From Macrostomum lignano (Eukaryota), in assembly GCA_002269645.1 (NCBI GenBank), contig NIVC01000864.1:250528-314527 (forward strand): a DNA stretch of 64,000 nt. Direction: 5' to 3'. The notes beneath the pieces were generated by a model, which saw only the letters and a program-made list of their open reading frames with translations, was not told the DNA's origin and searched no databases. How positions within the stretch are numbered: the first letter of the stretch is position 1; the number at the start of each line of letters is the position of its first letter. Below are positions 12,236 to 23,150 of this stretch, piece after piece. A program made the position numbers and the translations under genes.

Positions 12236-12898
12236 TCATTCCGCATAATGTTGAAGAACTTTCTCGAGTTCATTTCTCAGCTGACTCATGTCATCAGTAC
12301 CGACCATGTTCAAGTTCATTCGAATTGATTGTTCATAAAGATCCTGAATGGTTTTGAACTCATCCTCTGAAATGAACTTATCCTCGATTGCCCTTGAAAT
12401 GTACCCTATGATTGATGTGTGCACCCCTTTCTCTTTTACTTGCTTCTCCTGTAGCTGCTTTAGTTTTTTTCGCCTGTTTCGCGCTAATGCTCCAGTAATT
12501 GCTGAAATAAGTCCACATGCAGCACCCACAGAACCGAGCGGGATTGCGATTGGAATTGTAATGGCTGGCAACGTTGAGACAGCTGCAGCAGACCCAGTTA
12601 GAACAGACACAGATCCGAGAGTAATATTACTGTAGTCGAAAAATTTACAGTGAGCATTGTAGCGCTTAATTTTCTTTGTGTTGTTGAAAATCTTTTTTTC
12701 AAGATCATCTCGCATTTTTTGAATCTCCACCAGTCGAAACTGCTGAGAGTTACATGAAATGATGGGGTAGAGTTTTTGCTGCTCATACTGAGGTGCACTA
12801 GGAGCTGTGGGAGCTGTGGGAGCATTCGGTGCCATTGGGTTTGGTGCTGTCGGTGTTTTAGGTTCAGACTGATCGTATAGAGTATTTTGTTGGGCCAT
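12236..12898 (-). CDS. Maverick PW-type ('gasderminX'-like) hydrophobic hairpin protein
   Basis: LYP...FRL.EI, two hydrophobic segments and ISRAIED.FISEDEF fit this Maverick accessory family; ORF intact. Confidence 0.65.
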   Translation of the reverse strand: MAQQNTLYDQSEPKTPTAPNPMAPNAPTAPTAPSAPQYEQQKLYPIISCNSQQFRLVEIQKMRDDLEKKIFNNTKKIKRYNAHCKFFDYSNITLGSVSVLTGSAAAVSTLPAITIPIAIPLGSVGAACGLISAITGALARNRRKKLKQLQEKQVKEKGVHTSIIGYISRAIEDKFISEDEFKTIQDLYEQSIRMNLNMVGTDDMSQLRNELEKVLQHYAE

Positions 12899-12930
12899 TT
12901 TTTCCCTAGAAAAAATAAAAAATTATAAAA

Positions 12931-13662
12931 CTACCCGCTTGAAATGACCGGACGAGCAGTAGATTCTGCTTCATCAATAGCAATATCACGAAGATTGAGT
13001 GTTCTCTCCAGACGATCAAGCCTCCTTAGTATTTTACCCCAAGAGCTATACATTCCGTTTAGATAGCTACTGTGTGATCCATCGTTTCTCTCTAATGCTT
13101 CAAGTCTTTCATTTATTCTCACATGCAATCGAGAATAAGTAATCAGCCGTTCAATTCTGTCACCTGTTAACTGAGTCCGGAACTCTTCTAAATGCCTCAC
13201 TTCAACTGTGTTGGTTGCGATGTTTTCTTTAATTCTATCATGCAATGCTGTTGACTGGTTCATGAACTCTTCTAAATTATTCACTTTAGCTGTGTTTGTG
13301 AAAACGCCTGCTTCAAGAATACGCATCCGTCTATCAGTGGAACTTCCCAGAAGATTAACTGACGATCTCAAGCCGTTGATTAGCGAGACTATCGAAGTTA
13401 TTTCTGACCTTAGTTCATTAGTTGCGCTTAACAACGGCACATAAAGCTTATCACTTTCAAACTTCTGTCTAGCTACTTTAAGCCTGAGATCTTCCATGTT
13501 CATTTGCAACTGGTGCATGGAGCGCTCTAGGGCTTTCAGTCTGTTTTTATTCAGTTTGATCTCTGGGATCTCTTCATCAGTGTTAATGTAGCGCTTGTCA
13601 AGGAAGGAAGTTGTGAGAGTGTTGTTGCCTGTAGTTGACTCACCTGCAAAATTTACTGACAT
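12931..13662 (-). CDS. Coiled-coil protein, possible fibre/spike
   Basis: Intact 243-aa heptad-rich ORF starting MSVNFAG with AAAAATG context; function inferred only. Confidence 0.55.
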   Translation of the reverse strand: MSVNFAGESTTGNNTLTTSFLDKRYINTDEEIPEIKLNKNRLKALERSMHQLQMNMEDLRLKVARQKFESDKLYVPLLSATNELRSEITSIVSLINGLRSSVNLLGSSTDRRMRILEAGVFTNTAKVNNLEEFMNQSTALHDRIKENIATNTVEVRHLEEFRTQLTGDRIERLITYSRLHVRINERLEALERNDGSHSSYLNGMYSSWGKILRRLDRLERTLNLRDIAIDEAESTARPVISSG

Positions 13663-13678
13663 TTTTTAAAATGAAAAA

Positions 13679-13935
13679 TTAAATTAAAATTCTTTTCTCC
13701 TTATTAATCATGACAAACTGATAGGGTTGGTTCCACTTTTCATAGCATATGTTAGCAAATTCCTCCTGTGATATTGTTCTGTTAGAGTTCTTTGCTGGAT
13801 ATGTAATGTGAGCTGGGGCAATGACCTCATTATAAAACCGTTTCAGTCGATCCTGTGGTATGGTTGGGAAAAGGAGAATCAAATTACAGTTACCTCTAAT
13901 TGTTTTATTTGGCAGTTCAAACCAGTTTTGGGCAA
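13679..13935 (-). pseudogene. C-terminal remnant of A32/FtsK-like packaging ATPase
   Basis: IAQNWFELPNKTIRGNCNLILLF and WNQPYQFVMIN fit the Maverick ATPase C-half; no Walker A/B region seen. Confidence 0.7.
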
Positions 13936-13940
13936 TGGTT

Positions 13941-14984
13941 GGTTATTCGTAAGTGAGACTTTAGGATAATAGTCCGGCTCATCCGTCCCAGATCGCCACC
14001 TGAGAGGCAGATGCCGCAAAGGGAGGGACGAACGAAGCAAAGATTTCCGTCATGAGCCGGACTATTATCCTAAAGTTTCACTTACGAATAACCGAATTGT
14101 CGAATTTCAGTGGGGCCATAGACAAAAAGGGCATCGAAAGGAGAGAGGGGTTACCGAGGAGAGAGAGACATAAAGACTGAGGTGGTTTACTGGAGTTTGG
14201 GCCATAGACAACGAAGTTGCAAACAGGCTGGGGGTTAAGAGGGTGGAAAGGAAGGAGATGTGGAGAGAAAGAGAGAATAAAACGTAAATAGCTACATTCG
14301 CTTGGCCATGGAGAACCAGACGTCATATCCAATCAACTGGGGCAATCTGCCTGTCGAAAGTTTAGCCAACGTATCTAGCAGCGAACTCAATTGGATCTCA
14401 AGACTTTCCACATCTCAGAAGGACATGAAGGATAACGAAGACTTTTGAACTTCTTGCACTTTCTTGAGACCTGGAATCGGCTGGGCATTCGATGAGCGAG
14501 ATCATGGCTATCACGGGTCAAAAGTCCGAGAGCACGGTCCGGCGCTACCTGGCAGTTAAACGGGACAAGTCCCTGCAACAATGCAGCGATGCAGTGTCGC
14601 GTGCGTTGAACATGGGACAAAGCGCCGCGACCCACGGTCAAGTAACAATGCCTGCTGACATCAGCATCCAAAGTTCCATCGTGCAAGAAGCAGTGAGCGT
14701 GTCTGATGGTCGTCAGATGAACGGTCGGAATATCTTTATTATGAACAACTACACTTTCAACAATTGCAATCTGTAATGGTCTTCGGCACTATGACAATTG
14801 CGCCATATTGATACTGCACAATTAACTTTCCATAGCGCTAATCTTTTGTTGTTGGTGTTTGCTGTTTTGTTCTAAAAATAAGCGTCCATTATCCCGAGTT
14901 TGAAATCATTATCCTGAAGTTTAAGTGAAAAAATAAATAAATGTGCTCATGGTTTAACCATAGACGATTGCATTATCCTAAAGG
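13941..14984 (+). mobile_element. Internally deleted Crypton-like tyrosine-recombinase element nested in the Maverick
   Basis: LESAGHSMSEIMAITGQKSESTVRRY resembles the Crypton YR C-terminal box. 42-bp inverted repeat at 13941-13982/14052-14093. ctttaggataat is mirrored at 14972-14983. Confidence 0.55.
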
Positions 14985-15563
14985 CTGATTTTTGACAATG
15001 TCTATGTCCCTATCGAGAGCAAAGGTAACAAGATCTTTGTAATTTTTGAACTGAATTTTTGACGAGGGGGGTTGCAGATCTCTAGTCATGTAATTAAGTA
15101 AAGTTTTAGTGTGGGGGATTCTTTTAGTTTCTGCGCCTTTATTGATTGAAATATTTTCCGTTGTCAATTCAATGTTGTAATCCACCGGTTCTCCGGTAAT
15201 TTTTTTTCGCCAGGCGCTAATTCCAAAAATATATTTTCCATCATCCGTCACGGGGCCAAAAAAGTTATCCGTCACTTTCATCTGCACTGGTTTTCCTGGT
15301 TGCTGAGGCTGTGGTTGTCCCGGTGAAGATGGGATTTTACTCAATGTGTTTTGCAACTGGCTCTCTTGAATATCATCAATTGCTTCCTTCACAGTGTCGA
15401 TGTTTTTCTTCGCTTCTGTGTATCCGGGTTTGTGAAATTCGGTGGCTGCTTGGACGAATTCATTGTAAGATTGTTGTTCTTTGTTGATTAGTCCGGTAAC
15501 TCGTTTCTCTGCCTGCGCCAGCTTTTCTAGTTCAGAGATATGATATGAACTTTTCCGCTTCAT
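14973..15563 (-). CDS. Maverick hypothetical protein, probably 3'-truncated by the insertion
   Basis: Divergent from the MCP; EFHKP and DNFFG...GKYIFG motifs. The stop codon lies in the insertion-related motif. Confidence 0.55.
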   Translation of the reverse strand: MKRKSSYHISELEKLAQAEKRVTGLINKEQQSYNEFVQAATEFHKPGYTEAKKNIDTVKEAIDDIQESQLQNTLSKIPSSPGQPQPQQPGKPVQMKVTDNFFGPVTDDGKYIFGISAWRKKITGEPVDYNIELTTENISINKGAETKRIPHTKTLLNYMTRDLQPPSSKIQFKNYKDLVTFALDRDIDIVKNQPLG

Positions 15564-15591
15564 TTTTAAATATTTTTTCTTTTGTTGAAAA

Positions 15592-16887
15592 ATGAATGAT
15601 CCCCTGACACCGGTTTTCTATAAGATTAACAAACCTATTTTGAGTGATGACAGCACTATTAAAGCGACACAAGTTAGAGTTCAGAGTCACGAGAACCAGA
15701 ATGAAACTAATCTTGGTCCTGGCCAAACACTGACTTTCACATACAATGGTTGTTCGTCATTGGTCAGTGTCCACAGTCTAAGAAGTGGATTCTACATGAC
15801 TTTCCAATTCAAGACAAAAGGCGGAGACGATGCTGCTCATGCCAATGACGATAAGCACAATGCAAATGTGGCATTGATCAGTAACTTCTGGGGGTACATG
15901 TTCAAAGAGTTTAGCGTGTCGAATGGAAGCACAGAGTTGGAAAGAATAGCAAACTTTGGTGTGGTCTATGATACCCAGTGCTTGATTGAGAACCCGGATT
16001 TTATTCAGATGGGGAGCGGTGCTGGATTCATCCCCAATGAGCAGACAGAAGATGAGAATGACCCCGGTTACAAAAAGAGAAAGGAGAGATACAATTACCC
16101 TCTCGTGGCTGCAACTGATGCTGCAAGGAATGCACTGTATAGGTCCGTAGACATTTTTGTGCCGTTAAGATTTATGAGCGGTTTCTGTAATAGTTTTAAT
16201 CGACTGACAAGCAATTTTAGCTACACATTTAGACTGACTAGAGATGATCGGAACAGAGGAATTTTGTCAGGGGCCGATTATACATCGATGGAGATTAAGC
16301 TTACTGGAGTGGAGCTGTACTTAGAAATTATTGAGCCCAAGACTGCACTCAAAGCTGAATACTTGAAGGCGATTGAGAAAGACATTGATGTTGCTTATAC
16401 AGCTTATATGTGCAGAGATGAGCGGAATGACGCAAGACACAATATCTGCATTAAAGAGGGCTCCTGTAGCAATCCAAGGTACATTATTGTCACTATGAGG
16501 AATACGACTAATGTAGGTAGATATTTTCATGGAAACGTTCGATCTGTCTAGCATGAAATCAGTGATAATTTATACCCTGCATTGCCACAGAATGGAGATT
16601 TCCCAGAGAACAAGATTAGTAAATTTTACAATGAACTGTCAGACCTGGCTGTCAAAGAGAATAACGGTATTGTTTTGACAACCTTGCAGTATAAAAAACT
16701 ATATCCAATATTTGGTGTTGATGTGACTGCTAGACAAATGCCTACAGACAATAGCCCTGTTAACATTGTGACTAATATCGAGCGGAAAGAATTTTGTGCC
16801 GCAACGGCTGTTGATCTGTTTATTATCTACGCGTTTGAAAGGAAAATCAAGGTCAATATGATCAATAACTCGTCTAGTAAAGTTTGA
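15592..16887 (+). pseudogene. Major capsid protein (double jelly-roll)
   Basis: DDSTIK...NLGPGQ, NFWGYMF, VPLRFMSGFCNSF and YPIFGVDVT patterns; single in-frame TAG at 16549-16551. Confidence 0.85.
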
Positions 16888-16907
16888 ATAATTTTTTTTC
16901 AATAAAA

Positions 16908-17774
16908 ATGGAAGCCATAGCCGAAAGACTAAACAACATTGTTTCACACTCTAAGGAGAGCATTCCTATTACAATAACCGGGCGAATTAATGACTCAAAC
17001 GGGATATTTGTTGAAAAATTAGAGCAGACGATTCGCCTGGATCCAGGTGCTAATTACCATGTCTATCTTAACAACTTCACTGGTTGGTCAAACGTTCCCA
17101 ATGTGACGGCAGCAAATAATAAGTTTCATTACAAATGGAAAGGAGCAGCAGCAGATCCTGTGGCATTCCCTGTGAGCACGCAAAGTGTGGATACCTACAA
17201 TTACTTTCTAGAAAACGTCTTTACTAAAAGAGGCCATTTTGAGACACCTGATGCGAGTAAGCCAGATAAAAAACTGTTCCCTGTCAAACTAACCTATGAT
17301 CTCACTGTAATGAGAGTGGTCATGCAAGTTCACAAAGATGCGGATGTTGAGTTTAAAGATGACACTTGGTATAGGGAACTGGGATTCGAGAAGACAGTTT
17401 ATAAGGCAGAATCCGCGGCGCGGACCGCCACTCAAGCGTCGGGGGCCGTTAGAATGGCCCGGGAAAATGTAAGCGGTTTGTTCTTAGCACCCAATATTGC
17501 AGACATTGTAAAGGGTTTGAATATTCTAATCAGAAGTAATCTTAGTCTTGATTGGGTATTTAAGGGAAAGCGAACTAATATTTTATACAACATCTCCAAC
17601 TCTGTAGCTGGAGGACAGATGCTGGTAGAGAAACCAAATCCCATGAAAAGAGTTGTATTGAGTAATAAGGAGATTCACGAGATTGTGCTACAGTTTGAGA
17701 CTGAAGATGGGGTGGGTGTTGATTTCAACGGTGAAGAGTTTGTATAACTGACGTTGATCATTGAGAGAATGTGA
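16908..17774 (+). pseudogene. Minor capsid (penton) protein
   Basis: TIRLDPGANYHVYL, NILIRSNL and GVDFNGEEFV*LTLIIERM; premature in-frame TAA at 17745-17747. Confidence 0.8.
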
Positions 17775-17865
17775 GAAAAAAAACTACAACTGTCTAATGA
17801 TTTCAGCAAAGTTATAGTAGCTGTCGTAAAAAATTTGTCCCAAAAGCCCCCTCATGCCTACTACT
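17749..17865 (-). repeat. Right TIR of the Maverick, with ~700-bp internal deletion
   Basis: The outer 38 bp are joined directly to the equivalent of left position 4193. Confidence 0.85.
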
Positions 17866-18713
17866 ACAGGCACTTCTGTTGGCGGTAATTTTGATGCTCA
17901 TAAGCGTCAGAGTGCAGCAGATATTTGGAAAACTGTCTACTCTTTGAACCGGATTGTGTGTTTGGTCACTTTGTGGCGTGAAGAATAAATGTTTCTGTAC
18001 AATTCATATGTCAGCTTGTATTTCAACAATCAGCAGAGCTGCTGCAAGCGTTACACCTACCTTCTTTAGGCGGGAGTAGACCAGACGGATCTTCGACTGC
18101 AGGATTCCATTTGATTTCAAATATTTTGCTCGCGTCATTTACGTTACTTTCATAGATATCCATAACTTTTTCAGGAATAACACGACGTCTGTCAAAGTTG
18201 GTGTCCTCCGCTTGAACAGTCAAAGTGTTGATACGAGTTTGCATTCGGAACGGGTGCGTGATAAACACAGTGACAGCGTATTGACCAGCTTTCTGTACTG
18301 CATAGAGGGGTATTATGGCGCTGTATGCTTGTTTATCTGTACGAAGAAAATGTGAGTAATACGAGTTTTAAATCGTTATTTGAGAGTAGCAGGTTTAATA
18401 CAGATACTGAATGTTTAGTCTTTACTCACTGCGACGTTGTTGGAATATACAAAATCGAGCCACAATTCTGTGTCGCCTGATTTGAAAACTGCGTGCATGC
18501 GATACTGAATTTTGGGATCTAGTAGCAGATTCACACGGACATCGATTGAAGTCATACTTGACCATTTTCACATAGTTTGGTTTCACTTTAATGGTAGAAT
18601 CTTCAGGAAACCAGAATAGCGAATTTCCGGTTAAAACTAGCTGAGCTTGTGAGGCCGCCTGTCTGCGAATCCGGCGTGCGAGACCGCAGGTTCGCCAGCG
18701 TCCACTTTCCGCT
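17866..18713 (-). pseudogene. CLCA-like copy B (exons 18713-18430, 18336-18061, last exon from 17875)
   Basis: SGKWTL, VKPNYVKMVKYD and IKWNPAVEDPSGLL are paralogous to C, D and E. Small frameshifting deletions are present, and the last exon continues at 3454. Confidence 0.88.
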
Positions 18714-18834
18714 CTGTTGGAGTGGCGGGTTTGAGGCAAGGCGATTTCTATTGGTTTAAGTCTAAAAGTTTATGTAATTATGGGTCTTAGTAATTACCAA
18801 CTGCCTTAATAATTTATTTCTATTTTTGGCTCAG

Positions 18835-19110
18835 GACTACGAGGTCTGCCTGCAGCTGCACAATTTTCTGCTGGCCACTCTGCAGCGCCTCGGCTTTGAG
18901 ATCAACTGGGCCAAGACTCAGAGCCCAGCCACTTCGGTCACTTTCCTGGGTATGCAGATCGACACATTGACTTGAGAAGATAGACGGCCTTCGAGAACTT
19001 CTCCAGGACTGCGCCAAGTCAAAGAGCCTGCAAAAACCGAACTGGTTCTGCAAAGTTGCCAAACCCACAAAGGCCCTGCTCCGCGCGCTGCTGGAGATAA
19101 CCATCGCTAT
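18835..19110 (+). mobile_element. DIRS/Ngaro-like reverse transcriptase fragment
   Basis: LQRLGFEINWAKTQSPATSVTFLGMQIDT then EKIDGLRELL, with stop/frameshift. Confidence 0.62.
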
Positions 19111-19186
19111 TCCTGAGCAGCATCATCGAGACCAAATTGATCAGGTTATTGATCAGGACCAAGGCCTCATGCTCTCTTCCTCATGA

Positions 19187-19982
19187 ACCTCATGGAGCAT
19201 GCAGAATCCCATACTGCTGCAGGACCTCATGGAGCATGCAGAATCCCATACTGCTGCAGGACCTCATGGAGCATGCAGAATCCCATACTGCTGCAGGACC
19301 TCATGGAGCATGCAGAATCCCATACTGCTGCAGGACCTCATGGAGCATGCAGAATCCCATACTGCTGCAAGACCTCATGGAGCATACAGAATCCCATACT
19401 GCTGCAGGACCTCATGGAGCATGCAGAATCCCATACTGCTGCAGGACCTCATGGAGCATGCAGAATCCCATACTGCTGCAGGACCTCATGGATCATGCAG
19501 AATCCCATACTGCTGCAGGACCCCATGGAGCATGCAGAACCCCATACTGCTGCAGGACCTCATGGAGCATGCAGAATCCCATACTGCTGCAGGACCTCAT
19601 GGAGCATGCAGAATCCCATACTGCTGCAGGACCTCATGGAGCATGCAGAATCCCATACTGCTGCAGGACCCCATGGAGCATGCAGAATCCCATACTGCTG
19701 CAGGACCTCATGGAGCATGCAGAATCCCATACTGCTGCAGGACCCCATGGAGCATGCAGAATCCCATACTGCTGCAGGACCCCATGGAGCATGCAGAATC
19801 CCATACTGCTGCAGGACCTCATGGAGCATACAGAATCCCATACTGCTGCAGGACCTCATGGAGCATGCAGAATCCCATACTGCTGCAGGACCCCATGGAG
19901 CATGCAGAATCCCATACTGCTGCAGGACCCCATGGAGCATACAGAATCCCATACTGCTGCAGGACCCCATGGAGCATGCAGA
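19187..19982 (+). repeat. 37-bp satellite, ~21.5 units
   Basis: Unit ctcatggagcatgcagaatcccatactgctgcaggac. Confidence 0.97.
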
Positions 19983-20350
19983 TGAATTTCAGCCAGATCT
20001 GCCTCATAGTCTACATTTCGATTTAAGTAAATAGGTGAAGGCAGGAGAAAATGAAATTCACTAGGAGTACCTTCAGCATGTTGACTGATGATGACAATAT
20101 TCTTCACATTACGATTGAACAAATAATGACCGTTGCATCAACCAGCTAAACTTTCTTAAGTCTTTGTCGTCTACCCAGCCAGTCGAGTCGTAGCCGGCCC
20201 ACATGACCAGATAGCGAATTTCCCCTTCCGCTTCTCAGTCTTTAGGGACTTCTCGATCACATACAGCCACTGCGAGTCCGGGACAGCCTGCAGCTCGTGC
20301 TCATGGAGAGCCCTCGAATCCCAACATGCCTTTAATCTTGTAGGGATATG
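19975..20350 (-). mobile_element. Remnant of a second, different Maverick (integrase chromodomain followed by penton N-terminus)
   Basis: HEHELQAV...LYVIEKSLKTEKRKG and RYLVMWAGYDS..WV (chromodomain), then TPSEFHFLLPSPIYLNRNVDYEADLAEIHL (penton start); frameshifted. Confidence 0.62.
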
Positions 20351-20629
20351 CTTTGGAGCTTTGGATGTCACCGTGTACTCTTCCTCGCTCCAATTGGCTT
20401 CGTACCAAATTGATCAGCTTATTTCCAGCATTTTCTGCACAGTTCATTTGCAATTTTATCATTCAATTTTGATTGTAAATAAATTGCGTGTAATATGCAA
20501 GCTATTACAAAGCAAAAGTGGTTGGAGATCAAATAAAAATAATTAGAGCAGATCATAAATCGAAGACGAATTTTGATTAGGGATTTATGAATTGATTCTG
20601 GTTTGATTTGATTCTGGAAGAAAAGAATG

Positions 20630-21657
20630 GAGCTGATTTAAAGTGAATCATTTAATTTGCATGGCGGAGAATGTGAGGGAGAATCAGAGCTGATTTAAAG
20701 TGAATCATGTAATTTGCATGGCGGAGAATGTGAGGGAGAATCAGAGCTGATTTAAAGTGAATCATGTAATTTGCATGGCGGAGAATGTGAGGGAGAATCA
20801 GAGCTGATTTAAAGTGAATCATGTAATTTGCATGGCGGAGAATGTGAGGGAGAATCAGAGCTGATTTAAAGAGAATCATGTAATTTGCATGGCGGAGAAT
20901 GTAAGGGAGAATCAGAGCTGATTTAAAGAGAATCATGTAATTTGCATGGCGGAGAATGTGAGGGAGAATCAGAGCTGATTTAAAGTGAATCATGTAATTT
21001 GCATGGCGGAGAATGTGAGGGAGAATCAGAGCTGATTTAAAGTGAATCATGTAATTTGCATGGCGGAGAATGTGAGGGAGAATCAGAGCTGATTTAAAGA
21101 GAATCATGTAATTTGCATGGTGGAGAATGTGAGGGAGAATCAGAGCTGATTTAAAGTGAATCATGTAATTTGCATGGCGGAGAATGTGAGGGAGAATCAG
21201 AACGGATTTAAAGAGAATCATGTAATTTGCATGGCGGAGAATGCGAGGGAGAATCAGAGCTGATTTAAAGTGAATCATGTAATTTGCATGGCGGAGAATG
21301 TGAGGGAGAATCAGAGCTGATTTAAAGTGAATCATGTAATTTGCATGGCGGAGAATGTGAGGGAGAATCAGAGCTGATTTAAAGTGAATCATGTAATTTG
21401 CATGGCGGAGAATGTGAGGGAGAATCAGAGCTGATTTAAAGTGAATCATGTAATTTGCATGGCGGAGAATGTGAGGGAGAATCAGAGCTGATTTAAAGAG
21501 AATCATGTAATTTGCATGGCGGAGAATGTGAGGGAGAATCAGAGCTGATTTAAAGTGAATCATGTAATTTGCATGGCGGAGAATGTGAGGGAGAATCAGA
21601 GCTGATTTAAAGAGAATCATGTAATTTGCATGGCGGAGAATGTGAGGCAGAATTAGC
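20630..21657. repeat. 57-bp satellite, ~18 units
   Basis: Unit gctgatttaaagtgaatcatgtaatttgcatggcggagaatgtgagggagaatcaga. Confidence 0.97.
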
Positions 21658-21792
21658 AATGGTAAAAAAGCTCACAAATCAGATTGCTGTGTTCGCTGCA
21701 GTAAATTCAATGCTGATGAAGAATTAGTCAAGTCCGAGTCAGTTTCCAAAACCGAAGCTTCCAATTAGCTTTTGTTACCAAAAAGTCGAGGC

Positions 21793-22202
21793 TCACACTT
21801 CATACACTGCGACTTCAGCAAACTTTATCGCCTTCGTGCTGCCCCCGTTCTGAGGGCTGATCCTGAAGAATCTCACATTTGAAGTTGCGCAAGTGATGTG
21901 CGCATGCAAGTGCATTCCGTCAAAGTACAAAATGTTGTAGTTGTAGCAAGTCTTTCTGAACGCGTTTCCATCGGGCTCGGTGCCGTACACGCTGATTTCG
22001 ATTCGAGACAAGGACCTTGCCTCCTGTTCGTTTTGAAACCAAACAATAAATCCTTTGATCTCAACAGCACTGCTGAAGTTGAACTGCAGATGAGAATCGC
22101 TAGAATTTGGGTCATCGGTAACGGATGCAGATGTGACCATGCTGCCATCCACTGCGTTCGTGCAGTCGGAAGCATTCGTGCCGCATGCGAAAGTCAGCCT
22201 AC
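21793..22202 (-). CDS. Terminal exon encoding a discoidin/F5-8 type C or F-type-lectin-like domain
   Basis: NAVDG...HLQFNF...IKGFIVW...HITC...VRFFRI...FAEVAVY pattern; acceptor cacatttcag at 22203-22212; no upstream exon identified. Confidence 0.6.
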
Positions 22203-22270
22203 CTGAAATGTGACAATTGAATGAGGCAGCGTTGTGTGAAAATGCATCGCACATCTGGCGATAGTCGCGG

Positions 22271-23150
22271 ATTGGGGAGAATCTCATTGCTATTGTGGTG
22301 GATTTGGGGAGAATCTCATTGCTATAGTGGCGGATTTGGGGAGAATCTCATTGCTATAGTGGTGGATTTGGGGAGAATCTCATTGCTATAGTGGTGGATT
22401 TGGGGAGAATCTCATTGCTATAGTGGCGGATTTGGGGAGAATCTCATTGCTATAGTGGTGGATTTGGGAATAATCTCATTGCCATAGTGGTTGGTGGATT
22501 TGGGGAGAATCTCATTGCCATAGTGGTTGGTGGATTTGGGGAGAATCTCATTGCTATAGTGGCGGATTTGGGGAGAATCTCATTGCTATAGTGGTGGATT
22601 TGGGAATAATCTCATTGCCATAGTGGTTGGTGGATTTGGCGAGAATTTAATTGCCATAGTGGTTGGTGGATTTGGGGAGAATCTCATTGCTATAGTGGTT
22701 CTTGGAATTGGGGAGAATCTCATTGCTATAGTGGTGTGGATTTGGGGAGAATCTCATTGCCATAGTGGTTGGTGGATTTGGCGAGAATCTAATTTCCATA
22801 GTGGTTGGTGGATTTGGGGAGAATCTCATTGCTATAGTGGTGGATTTGGGAATAATCTCATTGCCATAGTGGTTGGTGGATTTGGGGAGAATCTCATTGC
22901 TATAGTGGTGGATTTGGGAATAATCTCATTGCCATAGTGGTTGGTGGATTTGGGGAGAATCTCATTGCCATAGTGGTTGGTGGATTTGGCGAGAATCTAA
23001 TTGCCATAGTGGTTGGTGGATTTGGGGAGAATCTCATTGCTATAGTGGTTCTTGGAATTGGGGAGAATCTAATTGCCATAGTGGTTCTTGGAATTAGGGA
23101 GAACCTCATTGCTATAGTTGTGTATTTGGGGAGAATCTCATTGCTATATT
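22271..23150. repeat. 32/36-bp satellite
   Basis: Unit ggatttggggagaatctcattgctatagtggt, with +4-nt variants. Confidence 0.95.

Larger units (their letters stand above)
3455..17865. mobile_element. Full-length Maverick/Polinton (adintovirus-like) endogenous element, 14,411 bp, decayed
   Basis: Both termini read AGTAGTAGGCAT... as inverted repeats. 6-bp TSD ACAGGC at 3449-3454 and 17866-17871. Encodes integrase, pPolB, adenain-like protease, an ATPase remnant, and major and minor capsid proteins. Confidence 0.95.

Noticed and set aside
19137-20034. Long Cys/His-rich ORFs (also 30546-32070) as real proteins
   Set aside because: They are a by-product of the stop-free 37-bp satellite; there is no unique flanking coding sequence.
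20652-21659. 335-aa LILPHILRHANYMIHFKSA repeat protein
   Set aside because: Translation of a 57-bp satellite, with no gene context.
19187-23150. CRISPR arrays
   Set aside because: The units are head-to-tail with no unique spacers, no cas genes are present, and the context is eukaryotic.
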